42,007 nt of DNA from Burkholderiales bacterium. GTDB taxonomy: Bacteria; Pseudomonadota; Gammaproteobacteria; Burkholderiales; SG8-41. Location of the stretch: contig CAKKQX010000158.1 of the NCBI GenBank assembly GCA_919902235.1, positions 1-42,007 on the forward strand, written 5' to 3'. Positions 27,659-38,067 of this stretch are shown here, piece after piece; within the stretch, counting starts at the first letter, position 1; each line of letters begins with the position of its first letter. The notes under the pieces are model-generated. The model did not search any database. It was given only the letters and a program-made list of their open reading frames with translations, and was not told the DNA's origin. The translations under genes were made by a program, and so were the position numbers.

Positions 27659-28702
27659 TTACCCCGGGAACAAATCCTTGTTCATCGCTTTGGTCCGCGC
27701 CTCAGCCGACGAAATGACGTTGCGCTTGACCAGATCCTGCAGGTTCTGGTCGAGCGTCTGCATGCCCAGCTGAGCCCCGGTCTGGATCGACGAATACATC
27801 TGCGCCACCTTGGCTTCGCGGATCAGGTTGCGGATCGCCGGTGTGCCGATCATGATCTCATGCGCCGCAACCCGTCCGTTACCGTCCTTGGTCTTGAGCA
27901 GCGCCTGCGAAATCACCGCGCGCAGCGATTCCGAAAGCATGGCGCGCATCATTTCTTTTTCCTCCGCCGGAAACACGTCGATGATGCGGTCGATGGTTTT
28001 GGCGGCAGAACTGGTGTGCAGCGTGCCAAACACCAGGTGCCCGGTTTCGGCCGCGGTCATTGCCAGGCGTATGGTTTCCAGATCGCGCATCTCGCCGACC
28101 AGGATCACGTCGGGATCCTCGCGCAGCGCACTGCGCAGGGCGTTGTTGAACGACAATGTGTGCGGGCCGACCTCGCGCTGGTTGATCAGGCATTTCTTGG
28201 ACTCGTGCACGAACTCAATGGGATCCTCCACTGTGAGGATGTGGCCGTGCTCGTTTTCGTTCTTGTGATTGACCATGGCCGCCAGCGTGGTCGATTTGCC
28301 GGAACCGGTGGGACCGGTCACCAGCACCACGCCGCGCGGCTGGTCGGCAAGCTGCTCGAATACCTTGGGCGCCTTGAGCTCTTCCAGCGACAGAATCTTG
28401 GAGGGAATGGTCCGCATCACCGCCGCGGCGCCGCGCTGCTGCACAAAAGCGTTGACGCGGAAGCGCGCGAGATTGGGAATGGCGAACGAAAAGTCGCATT
28501 CCAGGTTTTCCTCATAAAACTTGCGCTGGCCGTCGTTCATAATGTCGTACACCATGGCGTGCACGTCCTTGTGTTCCAGCGGCGGAAGATTGATACGCCG
28601 GATGTCGCCATGAACGCGGATCATCGGCGGCAGGCCAGCCGAGAGGTGCAGATCGGAGGCTTTATTCTTGACGACGAAGGCCAGCAGCTCGGAGATGTCC
28701 AC
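27659..28702 (-). CDS. pilT: Type IV pilus twitching-motility ATPase PilT
   Basis: Starts (V)DISELLAFVVKNKASDLHLSAGLPPMIRVHGD, with Walker A GPTGSGKST. The GTG at 28702 has GGAG 8 nt upstream. The longer ORF reaching 29089 overlaps yggS and is rejected. Confidence 0.9.
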   Translation of the reverse strand: MDISELLAFVVKNKASDLHLSAGLPPMIRVHGDIRRINLPPLEHKDVHAMVYDIMNDGQRKFYEENLECDFSFAIPNLARFRVNAFVQQRGAAAVMRTIPSKILSLEELKAPKVFEQLADQPRGVVLVTGPTGSGKSTTLAAMVNHKNENEHGHILTVEDPIEFVHESKKCLINQREVGPHTLSFNNALRSALREDPDVILVGEMRDLETIRLAMTAAETGHLVFGTLHTSSAAKTIDRIIDVFPAEEKEMMRAMLSESLRAVISQALLKTKDGNGRVAAHEIMIGTPAIRNLIREAKVAQMYSSIQTGAQLGMQTLDQNLQDLVKRNVISSAEARTKAMNKDLFPG

Positions 28703-28795
28703 TATAATTACTCCGTTATATTGAGAAGCGCCGTGAGGAGCGCGGATTAACGGATTGATTTTACACCGAACATCCCCCTGAGGCGCACCAAAATT

Positions 28796-29485
28796 ATGAC
28801 AACAATCGCCGTCAACTTGCAAGCCGTGCATGAGCGCATCGCGCGGGCGGCGCGGGCGGCGGGACGGCCCGCTGCCAATGTCAGGCTGATTGCGGTCGGC
28901 AAGACCTTCCCCGCCGAGAAAATCGCCGCGGCCCATGCCCAGGGCCAACGTGCGTTTGGCGAGAACTACGTGCAGGAGGCCGTGGAAAAAATAACCCGGC
29001 TCGCCCATTTGCCCCTGGAGTGGCACTTCATCGGCCCCATCCAGAGCAACAAGACGCGCGCCATCGCCGAGCATTTCCAGTGGGTGCACAGCATCGACCG
29101 GGAGAAAATCGCGGTGCGGCTCAACGCCGCGCGGCCGCCGGCCCTGCCGCCGCTCGACGTCTGCATCCAGATCAACGTCAGCGGCGAAGGCAGCAAAAGC
29201 GGCGCGGCACCGGGCGCGGAACTCGCGCTCGCACGCGCCATCGCCGCCCTGCCCCGCCTCAGGCTGCGCGGCCTGATGACGATTCCCGAGCCGACACCGG
29301 ACAGCGCGCTGCAGCGGCGCCGCTTTGCGCTGTTGCGCGAGCTAAAGGACCAACTCGCTGTCGCCGGCATCGTGCTCGATACGCTGTCCATGGGCATGTC
29401 GGACGATCTGGAAGCCGCGATTGCCGAAGGCGCGACCATGGTCCGCGTGGGCACGGCGATTTTCGGCAAAAGATCTGCTAATTAG
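28796..29485 (+). CDS. yggS: YggS-family PLP homeostasis protein
   Basis: 229 aa with VRLIAVGKTFP (PLP lysine) and HFIGPIQSNK. Confidence 0.9.
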   Translation: MTTIAVNLQAVHERIARAARAAGRPAANVRLIAVGKTFPAEKIAAAHAQGQRAFGENYVQEAVEKITRLAHLPLEWHFIGPIQSNKTRAIAEHFQWVHSIDREKIAVRLNAARPPALPPLDVCIQINVSGEGSKSGAAPGAELALARAIAALPRLRLRGLMTIPEPTPDSALQRRRFALLRELKDQLAVAGIVLDTLSMGMSDDLEAAIAEGATMVRVGTAIFGKRSAN

Positions 29486-29648
29486 CCGCCAAGACGCCAA
29501 GACGCCAAGAAAAACACAAAGACATGAACCAACTTACGTATAAAGATTGCAAGGGTCTTTAGATATGACACCACTAAAGTGTATGCTTGAAGAAAATACC
29601 GTTTGCCGTCTTCCGCTTTGCTTGGCGTCTTGGCGCCTTGGCGGCTAA
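29482..29648. mobile_element. MITE-like / long-hairpin intergenic element with 28-bp inverted repeats
   Basis: Left arm TTAGCCGCCAAGACGCCAAGACGCCAAG (29482-29509) and right arm CTTGGCGTCTTGGCGCCTTGGCGGCTAA (29621-29648) are complementary at 27/28 positions. The left arm contains CGCCAAGA x3 in perfect tandem. A 111-bp AT-richer core separates the arms. The left arm overlaps the yggS stop codon. Confidence 0.6.
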
Positions 29649-29660
29649 ATCAAGGTTTTT

Positions 29661-30473
29661 ATGAACATCACATTCATCGGTGGCGGCAACATGGCGACGG
29701 CCATGATCGGCGGTCTGTTGCAGCAGGGCTGGCAGGCCGCCGCCATCCGCGTCGTCGAAATCGACGCCGGCGTGCGCGCGCGCATCGGACGCGAGTTGGG
29801 CGTTGCGACAGATGCCGACCCCGCGGCGGGCATCGCCGGCGCCGACTGTGTCGTGCTTGCAATCAAACCGCAGCAGATGCGTAGCGCCGCGCAGGCATTG
29901 CGTGCCGTGCTGACATCCCAGCTGATCATCACCATCGCCGCCGGCATCCGTTGCGTTGACCTGTCGCGCTGGCTCGGCGGCTATCCGCGCATCGTGCGCG
30001 TGATGCCCAACACGCCGGCCCTGGTGCTGTCGGGCATTTCCGGCCTGTATGCCATGCCTGCGGTCGCTGCCGCGGAGCGCGCGCGCGCAGAATCGGTGCT
30101 GAACGCCGTCGGCAGGACGCTGTGGCTGGAGCGCGAGGAACAGATGGATGCCCTCACCGCGGTATCCGGCAGCGGACCGGCTTATGTCTTTTACTTCATC
30201 GAAGCTCTGCAGCAGGCTGCGGCCGAACTCGGCTTCGGCACCGGGCAAGCGCGGCAGCTGGCGCTCGACACTTTCGCCGGCGCGGTAAAAATGGCCGCAC
30301 TAAGCAACGATGATGCGGCGACGCTGCGCACCCGCGTAACCTCCAGGGGCGGCACCACCGAACGGGCGCTCGAAGTACTGGAGTCGGATATGGTCAAACA
30401 GGCCGTCATACGCGCAGTAAAAGCGGCCGCCGCTCGCTCGCGCGAGCTGGGCGATGAGCTGGGCACGGACTGA
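29661..30473 (+). CDS. proC: Pyrroline-5-carboxylate reductase
   Basis: 270 aa with N-terminal ITFIGGGNMA and C-terminal VTSRGGTTE. Confidence 0.95.
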   Translation: MNITFIGGGNMATAMIGGLLQQGWQAAAIRVVEIDAGVRARIGRELGVATDADPAAGIAGADCVVLAIKPQQMRSAAQALRAVLTSQLIITIAAGIRCVDLSRWLGGYPRIVRVMPNTPALVLSGISGLYAMPAVAAAERARAESVLNAVGRTLWLEREEQMDALTAVSGSGPAYVFYFIEALQQAAAELGFGTGQARQLALDTFAGAVKMAALSNDDAATLRTRVTSRGGTTERALEVLESDMVKQAVIRAVKAAAARSRELGDELGTD

Positions 30474-31052
30474 ATGCTGACCGGCGCGCTCATTTTTCTG
30501 GTTCAAACCGCGCTGGGGCTGTTCATCACCGCCTTGTTGCTGCGTTTTTATCTGCAATGGGCGCGCGCGCCCTATCGTAATCCCCTGTCCGATTTCCTCA
30601 ATGCGCTCACCGATTTCGCAGTGCGTCCGGCGCGGCGCATCATTCCCGGGTTATGGGGCCTTGATCTTGCAACGCTGGCCCTGGCCTGGATCGCCCAACT
30701 GCTGGAGCTGCTCATCGTGCTTGGAATCAAGGGCTATGCGCTGGGGTCTGTTGGCGGCAGCGCACTGGCGGCGCTGGTGATGCTGTCCACAGTGATGATG
30801 GTCAAGCTCGGTTTGTATATCGTGATCGTAGCAGTGCTGATCCAGGCGGTGCTCTCCTGGGTCAACCCCTATAGCCCCCTGGCACCGCTGCTCAACAGCC
30901 TGACCAAGCCGTTGCTGCGCATATTTCAGAAACTGATTCCGCCGATCGGCAATGTCGATCTGTCCCCGTTATTCGTGATCATCATCTGCCAACTGCTGCT
31001 GATCGTGCCGGTGGCCCACTTCGAAACGACGCTGTGGCGACTGTTTTCATGA
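30474..31052 (+). CDS. yggT: YggT-family membrane protein
   Basis: 192 aa, multi-TM. Conserved position after proC. Confidence 0.85.
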   Translation: MLTGALIFLVQTALGLFITALLLRFYLQWARAPYRNPLSDFLNALTDFAVRPARRIIPGLWGLDLATLALAWIAQLLELLIVLGIKGYALGSVGGSALAALVMLSTVMMVKLGLYIVIVAVLIQAVLSWVNPYSPLAPLLNSLTKPLLRIFQKLIPPIGNVDLSPLFVIIICQLLLIVPVAHFETTLWRLFS

Positions 31053-31363
31053 TCGACGAAACCGCTTGGTGCCGCTTCAACGCCGCTGCACGCCGCCTGA
31101 CGCTCAATGTCCACGTTCAGCCCAACTCGAAAACGAGCGGCATCGCCGGACTGCATGGCAACGCGCTGAAAATCAGGATTGCCGCGCCGGCCGTGGACGA
31201 CAAGGCAAACGCCGCGCTGGTCGATTTCCTGCATCGCCTCCTTGATTTGCCGACATCGCGAATCAGCATCCGTCACGGCGCGAAGGGCAGGCGCAAGATT
31301 GTCGAGATCGCCGGGGCCGGGGGCGCGACGCACGCGCTGATCAGGGCCGCCGTGGCAAGCTGA
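31049..31363 (+). CDS. yggU: DUF167 (YggU) protein
   Basis: LTLNVHVQPNSKTSGIAGLHGNALKIRIAAPAVDDKANAALVDFL. The ATG at 31049 overlaps the yggT stop (ATGA). An in-frame GTG at 31034 is an alternative. Confidence 0.8.
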   Translation: MIDETAWCRFNAAARRLTLNVHVQPNSKTSGIAGLHGNALKIRIAAPAVDDKANAALVDFLHRLLDLPTSRISIRHGAKGRRKIVEIAGAGGATHALIRAAVAS

Positions 31364-31370
31364 CTGTTGC

Positions 31371-32840
31371 TCAATCCGGATCGGAATCCGTGCTGTCGGC
31401 GTCGTTGCCGCCTGTGGCGCGCAGCATGAACGCCTTGACCAAAAGCGCGACCGCTATCCAGCCCCCCAGCGCGGCAAGCGGCAACGCCACGAGCAGCGGC
31501 CAGGCGAGTGCAAGCGCCGCAAACGCCAGCAGTACCACGCCCACACCGGTCATCAATCCCGCTTCCGCCGGCCCCAGAATGCGGCGGTTGGTGATGGCGG
31601 CGCCGACGGTATTGCTTATGCGCAACGCGCCGGCGGCGGCGCGACCGGCGCTGCCGCTGCGGAGCCTGCGATGTGGCCGCGGCGCGGAATTGGCCGCACG
31701 CACCCGGTTGCGCGCGGCCAGCACGATTTCGGTGGCATTGGCAATATCTTCTTCGTACATTTCCTGCATCGCCCCGGCAAAATTGCGATCTTCGACTGCG
31801 ACATCCAGCTCGTAATTGCCCATCCAGCTTGCAAGGTTGAGATTGCTCGAGCCCACCCGCGCCCAGCGGCCGTCGGCCACCGCGGTCTTCGCATGCAACA
31901 TTGCTCCGTTCCACTCGAATACGCGGATGCCGGCTTCGAGCAGCGGTCGGTAGCCCGAACGCGACAGCGCAGAAAGCACCGGCAGATCGCTCGCGCCCGG
32001 CACCAGCAAACGCACATCGACGCCGTCGAGCGCCGCGGCCCGCAGCGCCTGCACATAGGGCGAGACACCGACAAAATAGGCATCGGTGAGCCATAATGTC
32101 TCGCGCGCCATGGCGGCGATGAGCTGATCGAGGCGGTAGAGGCCGGCGATGCTGGGCGCCGTCGCGAGTACGCGCAGGGCCACATCGCCGGCTGCGGCAT
32201 CCATCCCGAGATCGGCCAGTTCCTCTCCGGGAACAGGCGTACCCGTCTCTGCCCATATTTGGGCGAATGCACGCACGATATCGGCAACCGCCGGTCCGCG
32301 TATTTCAACTCCGGTGTCGCGCCACGGCCCGATGCCGCGCGCGGCGTCGCCGTTCCATTTGTGACTGGCGCACAAACCGCTGACGAAACCGACGCAGCCG
32401 TCAACCGCCACCATCTTGCGGTGATCGCGCGAGAACCAGCCGAACGGACTTTCGAGGCGCGGCGGATTAAAGCAGCGCACCGTGCCGCCGGCATTGATGA
32501 CGGGTTGCCACAGCCGCGCCGGCGCGCCGCCCAGCGCGCCCATCCAGTCGTAAATCACCCGCACGCGCACTCCGGCGCGCGCGCGGTCGGCAAGCGCAGC
32601 GGCGAATTCGCGCCCCACGATGTCGTCGGTGACGATGTAATTCTCGAAATAGACCGTGCGCCGGGCGCTGCCTATCGCCTGCAGCCATGCCGGGTAGTTT
32701 TCCGCGGCGTCTTTCAGGATGCGTACGCTGTTGCCGGCAACCAGCGGCGCGCCGGCGGCGCGCGACAGCACCTGCTCCGCAAACAGGCGTGCCGGCGAAG
32801 TGCGGTTGCGCTCAGGCTGCGCCGGCCGGGAATCGCGCAT
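31371..32840 (-). CDS. Phospholipase D / cardiolipin synthase-like protein with two HKD motifs
   Basis: 489 aa with HRKMVAVDG and HAKTAVADG...GSSNLN (two HxK(x)4D motifs), plus a hydrophobic C-terminal segment ([37 protein letters not shown]). Confidence 0.85.
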   Translation of the reverse strand: MRDSRPAQPERNRTSPARLFAEQVLSRAAGAPLVAGNSVRILKDAAENYPAWLQAIGSARRTVYFENYIVTDDIVGREFAAALADRARAGVRVRVIYDWMGALGGAPARLWQPVINAGGTVRCFNPPRLESPFGWFSRDHRKMVAVDGCVGFVSGLCASHKWNGDAARGIGPWRDTGVEIRGPAVADIVRAFAQIWAETGTPVPGEELADLGMDAAAGDVALRVLATAPSIAGLYRLDQLIAAMARETLWLTDAYFVGVSPYVQALRAAALDGVDVRLLVPGASDLPVLSALSRSGYRPLLEAGIRVFEWNGAMLHAKTAVADGRWARVGSSNLNLASWMGNYELDVAVEDRNFAGAMQEMYEEDIANATEIVLAARNRVRAANSAPRPHRRLRSGSAGRAAAGALRISNTVGAAITNRRILGPAEAGLMTGVGVVLLAFAALALAWPLLVALPLAALGGWIAVALLVKAFMLRATGGNDADSTDSDPD

Positions 32841-32910
32841 TATGTGATGCTAAATTTAATAATAAAAACAACAAGTTAATTAATTTCGCCGGGCAAATAC
32901 GCCGCATCTT

Positions 32911-34365
<1,455 letters not shown>

Positions 34366-34385
34366 GCGGGTTTCCGGAGGAAAAT

Positions 34386-35003
34386 TCAGAAAATTTCGAT
34401 GCCGAACTTCTTCAGCAGTTCCGCCGTTTCGGCGAGAGGCAGTCCCATGATGCCCGAATAGCTGCCTTCTATGCGCGTCACGAACGCGGCGGCGCGCCCC
34501 TGGATGGCATAGGCGCCGGCCTTGTCGAGTGGCTCGCCGCTGGCGGCATAAATACGGACTTCAGCGGCGGAAAGTTCGCGGAACCGTACCGCTGAAACCG
34601 AAACCCGGGTCTCCAGCTGGTCCCTGCGCCTCAGCGCAACAGCGGTGATCACCCTGTGCTCGCGGCCGGAAAGCAAACTCAGCATCTGCGCCGCATGTTC
34701 AGCGTCGGCGGGCTTGCCGATGATCCCGCCCTCGAACTCCACCGTGGTGTCGGCGGCGAGCACGGGATTTTGCAGCATCAAACCGCGATGGCCCACCACG
34801 CGCGCCGCGATTTCAGCCTTGTTGCCCGCCATGCGCAGCACATAAGCGTCGGCGGCTTCGTCCGGCAGCGGCGATTCATCGACGTCGGAGCCCCGCCGCG
34901 CATCTTCACGCAACAGCATCAGTTCGAAATTGACGCCGATCTGCTTCAGCAGTTCGCGACGGCGCGGACTGCGGGATGCAAGGTAAATGCGTTTGTCGCT
35001 CAT
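34386..35003 (-). CDS. maf: Maf-like nucleoside triphosphate pyrophosphatase
   Basis: Starts MSDKRIYLASRSPRRRELL, and contains AGAYAIQG. The longer ORF reaching 35051 is probably an extension. Confidence 0.85.
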   Translation of the reverse strand: MSDKRIYLASRSPRRRELLKQIGVNFELMLLREDARRGSDVDESPLPDEAADAYVLRMAGNKAEIAARVVGHRGLMLQNPVLAADTTVEFEGGIIGKPADAEHAAQMLSLLSGREHRVITAVALRRRDQLETRVSVSAVRFRELSAAEVRIYAASGEPLDKAGAYAIQGRAAAFVTRIEGSYSGIMGLPLAETAELLKKFGIEIF

Positions 35004-35082
35004 TTTCGTTATCGGGTTTGAGAATGGAACTGCATTTCGGCCGGCATGCAATCCTTCCTCAATCCCCTGTCCTCAATCCTGA

Positions 35083-35565
35083 TCACCCGCGATGGTAGGG
35101 ATGATTGTGCAGTATCGAAACCGCCCGGTACAACTGCTCGGCAAGCACGACGCGCGCCAGCCCGTGCGGCAAAGTCAAAGACGATAGCGACCATAACATA
35201 TCCGCTTCCTTCTTCAATGCGGCTGCCGTGCCGTCCGCGCTGCCGATGATGAAAGCCACATCCCGCGCATCCCGCTGCCAACGCGCAATGTTATCCGCAA
35301 GCTGCCGCGTAGAAAAGCTTTTGCCGCGCTCGTCGAGAACCACCCGGCTGCAGCCCGCAGGCAGCGCAGCGAGAATCCGCTTGTGCTCGGCGGCAAGCAT
35401 GCGTTCTATGCCCTGCGCTGCGGCCGCACCGCTGCCCCGGTTTTCCGGCTTGATTTCCCTCAGCACCAGCCGTGCTTCACGCGGCATGCGTTTGGCGTAA
35501 TCATCGAAGCCGGCGGCTATCCATGCCGGCATGCGGTGGCCGACCGCCACGACATGGAGCTTCAT
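35083..35565 (-). CDS. rlmH: 23S rRNA (pseudouridine1915-N3)-methyltransferase
   Basis: 160 aa SPOUT-type protein, with [15 protein letters not shown]...Y.KR and C-terminal HPYHR. Confidence 0.9.
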   Translation of the reverse strand: MKLHVVAVGHRMPAWIAAGFDDYAKRMPREARLVLREIKPENRGSGAAAAQGIERMLAAEHKRILAALPAGCSRVVLDERGKSFSTRQLADNIARWQRDARDVAFIIGSADGTAAALKKEADMLWSLSSLTLPHGLARVVLAEQLYRAVSILHNHPYHRG

Positions 35566-35577
35566 GAGCGGGGGCGG

Positions 35578-35946
35578 TTATGAAACAACCTTGCTGCTGA
35601 CGCGGCGCCGCGTCGGACGTGCGGGAGGCGCCCACAACTCCTCGAGATTATAGTACTGGCGGATTGCGGGCTGCATGATATGAACGATCACACTGCCCAA
35701 GTCGACCAGTATCCAATCGCCGGTCTGCTCACCTTCCACGCCGTAGACTTTTGTACCCAGCGCTTTGAGCTTTTCCTGCACATTATTGGAGAGCGCCTTG
35801 CCCTGACGTGCGGAATCGGCGCTTGCGATAACGATCGTGTCGAACAGCGATGTCATCTTTTTGACGTTCAGCACCAAAATGTCGTGGCCCTTGATGTCTT
35901 CCAGCGCGGCCACTACGGCTTTTACCTGTTTATCGATGCTTATCAA
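35578..35946 (-). CDS. rsfS: Ribosome silencing factor RsfS
   Basis: ALEDIKGHDILVLNVKKMTSLFDTIVIASADSARQ is typical of RsfS/iojap. The start is uncertain: TTG at 35946 directly abuts AAGGAG. The longer ORF reaching 36036 overlaps nadD. Confidence 0.8.
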   Translation of the reverse strand: MISIDKQVKAVVAALEDIKGHDILVLNVKKMTSLFDTIVIASADSARQGKALSNNVQEKLKALGTKVYGVEGEQTGDWILVDLGSVIVHIMQPAIRQYYNLEELWAPPARPTRRRVSSKVVS

Positions 35947-35950
35947 CTCC

Positions 35951-36610
35951 TTACAAATATAGTCTGTTGGACTGAATATAATCGAGAACGACGTCGGGCA
36001 GCAAATAGCGCGGGCTGGCGCCGGCGCGCACCGCATCGCGAATCAGCGTCGCCGCAATATCCAGCGCGGCGATCGGCCTCACCAAAATGCCGCCGGCGGG
36101 CGCGAGATGCACGGCCAGGGGTTGCTGCATGAGCCGCGCCGAATACTCCTTCGCCAGCGGCTGCGGCATGCGCTCCTGCCATGCGCTGACCGGGAATCCC
36201 GGGCGGTGCGCAACGACGATATGGGCAAGATCGAATAATTCATGCCAGCGGCTCCACGTCGCCAGCTCCAGAAACGCATCGGCACCCATCAACAGGCACA
36301 ATGGCCGGGATGCACCGAATTCGCCGCGCAGTTCGGCAAGGGTGTCGACGGTATAGCCCGGGCCGGCGCGCTTCACCTCCCGCTCATCGGCCACAAACAT
36401 CGCGTTATCGCCAATTGCAAGCCTGACCATCGCCAGACGCTCGGCTGCGGACGCGCCGGGCGCGCTGCGGTGTGGCGGTGTGCCACTTGGCACGAAGCGC
36501 GCCTGTTCGAGCTTGAGCGCATTACCGAGTTCCTGCGCCAGGCGCAGGTGGCCGAAGTGGATAGGGTCAAACGTGCCGCCAAGAATGCCGATGGGTGCGG
36601 AGGTGTTCAC
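35951..36610 (-). CDS. nadD: Nicotinate-nucleotide adenylyltransferase
   Basis: 219 aa with GILGGTFDPIHFGHL. GTG start. Confidence 0.9.
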   Translation of the reverse strand: MNTSAPIGILGGTFDPIHFGHLRLAQELGNALKLEQARFVPSGTPPHRSAPGASAAERLAMVRLAIGDNAMFVADEREVKRAGPGYTVDTLAELRGEFGASRPLCLLMGADAFLELATWSRWHELFDLAHIVVAHRPGFPVSAWQERMPQPLAKEYSARLMQQPLAVHLAPAGGILVRPIAALDIAATLIRDAVRAGASPRYLLPDVVLDYIQSNRLYL

Positions 36611-36703
36611 GATCGGGCAAACGGTAAGCAGTGGGCGGTCAGCCGTAAAAAGCAGTTACGTCTCTTCCGCGCACCGCTCACTGCTCACTGCTCTCTTGAG
36701 TCT

Positions 36704-38053
36704 TCACAACACCAGTCGGCGGATGTCGGACAGCACGGAGCCAAGGAAGGAAATAAAGCGGGCGCCCTGTGCGCCGTCGATCACGCGGTGATCGTACGAC
36801 AGTGACAGCGGTAGCATCAGCCGCGGAGCAAAGTCTTTTCCGTTCCACACCGGCTTCGTCGCCGCCCTGCCCACGCCGAGTATCGCCACCTCGGGCGCGT
36901 TGATGATGGGTGTGAACATCGTGCCACCGAGACCGCCCAGGCTGGAAATCGAAAAACAGCCCCCTTGCAGATCGGCCGGCGCTATTTTCCCGGCGCGCAT
37001 GCGCCCGCTCACCGCACCCAGTTCCCTGGCAAGCTCAAGCAGGCCCTTGTTGTCGACATCACGCAGCACCGGCACCACCAGGCCGTTCGGCGTGTCGACC
37101 GCGACGCCGACGTGGTAGTACTGCTTGAGGATCAGGTTCTCCCCATCCGGCGACAGCGAGGCATTGAATTCTGGATGCTGCTTCAGCGCCACCACCACCG
37201 CTTTCAGCAAAAAACCGAGCATGGTGAATTTGATGCCACTTTTTTTCGCTTCCTCGGCCTGCGATTTGCGGAATGCCTCAAGCTCGGTGATGTCGGCTTC
37301 ATCATGCTGCGTGATGTGCGGGATGCTCACCCAGTTGCGGTGCAGGTTGGCACCAGACAATTTCTTGATGCGCGGCAGCGGCCGTACCTGCACGGCCCCA
37401 AATTTTGCGAAATCGATCTGCGGCAAAGGCGGCAGGTTAAAGCCCAACCCGCCACCCGCCGCTCCGCTTCCTGCTTCCCCGCGCGGTTTCGACAACTCCG
37501 CCTTGACGTAAGCCTGCACGTCTTCCTTGAGAATGCGGCTCTTGGGTCCACTGCCCTTGACGCGCGCGAGGTCCGCACCGAATTCGCGTGCGACACGGCG
37601 CACCGCTGGACTGGCGTGGGCTTTGTCCAGGCCCGTCCCGATGTGCACCTGCGCTTCTGCGGACACGACTCTCTGCGCCTGCATGGCAAGCGGAGATTGC
37701 GGTTGGGAGCTGGCGGCAGCCGGCGCGGGCGTTTTGGCAGGAGCGGGGGCGGTAGCGACGGACTGCGGGATCGCAGCGGACGCCGGTTTCGGGACTGCCG
37801 CAGCGGGCGCATCCTGCGCCTCCAGCGTCATCACCAGCACGCCTTCCGACACCTTGTCGCCGACCTTGACTTTCAACTCCTTCACCACGCCGGCAGCGGG
37901 GGAAGGCACTTCCATTGTCGCCTTGTCGGATTCGAGCGTAATCAGCGAATCCTCTGCGCTGACGTTGTCGCCCGGCTTGACCAGCACCTCAATGACCGGG
38001 ATGTTCTTGTAGTCGCCGATATCCGGAACTTTTACTTCGACCAGGTTGCTCAT
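36704..38053 (-). CDS. aceF: Pyruvate dehydrogenase E2, dihydrolipoyllysine-residue acetyltransferase
   Basis: 449 aa with one lipoyl domain ([11 protein letters not shown]), an Ala/Pro linker, an E3-binding domain ([16 protein letters not shown]) and the catalytic DHRVIDG. Confidence 0.95.
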   Translation of the reverse strand: MSNLVEVKVPDIGDYKNIPVIEVLVKPGDNVSAEDSLITLESDKATMEVPSPAAGVVKELKVKVGDKVSEGVLVMTLEAQDAPAAAVPKPASAAIPQSVATAPAPAKTPAPAAASSQPQSPLAMQAQRVVSAEAQVHIGTGLDKAHASPAVRRVAREFGADLARVKGSGPKSRILKEDVQAYVKAELSKPRGEAGSGAAGGGLGFNLPPLPQIDFAKFGAVQVRPLPRIKKLSGANLHRNWVSIPHITQHDEADITELEAFRKSQAEEAKKSGIKFTMLGFLLKAVVVALKQHPEFNASLSPDGENLILKQYYHVGVAVDTPNGLVVPVLRDVDNKGLLELARELGAVSGRMRAGKIAPADLQGGCFSISSLGGLGGTMFTPIINAPEVAILGVGRAATKPVWNGKDFAPRLMLPLSLSYDHRVIDGAQGARFISFLGSVLSDIRRLVL

Positions 38054-38067
38054 GTTTGATCCACGTT

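Noticed and set aside
27461-28750. 429-aa plus-strand ORF opposite pilT. The same applies to 26498-27199 opposite pilU, 33184-34461 opposite rng, 36965-38059 and 38056-39354 opposite aceF/aceE, and 40610-41827 opposite the crotonase gene.
   Set aside because: All are antisense shadows of strongly supported genes with no recognisable domains.
28703-29089. N-terminal extension of the pilT ORF to 476 aa. Similar upstream extensions occur for glyQ (15215), plsC (18902), maf (35051) and rsfS (36036).
   Set aside because: The extensions overlap neighbouring genes, lack homology-like sequence, and internal starts reproduce the canonical family N-termini. For pilT an SD also supports the internal start.
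29487-29510. Tandem CGCCAAGA octamers considered as a CRISPR-like or VNTR array
   Set aside because: There are only three 8-bp units with no spacers. They are better explained as the internal structure of the inverted-repeat arm of the intergenic element.
29524-29562. 12-codon ORF (MNQLTYKDCKGL*) in the core of the inverted-repeat element, considered as a remnant of a four-helix-bundle / 23S-IVS protein gene
   Set aside because: The resemblance to the M..(F/Y)(R/K)DL.VWQ N-terminus rests on only 3-4 residues recalled from memory, which is far too little to support. It is noted only as an idea to test.
31273-32256. 327-aa and 292-aa (31616-32494) alternative-frame minus-strand ORFs inside the PLD gene
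   Set aside because: They are out of frame with the two HKD motifs and have Arg/Cys/Ala-rich junk composition.
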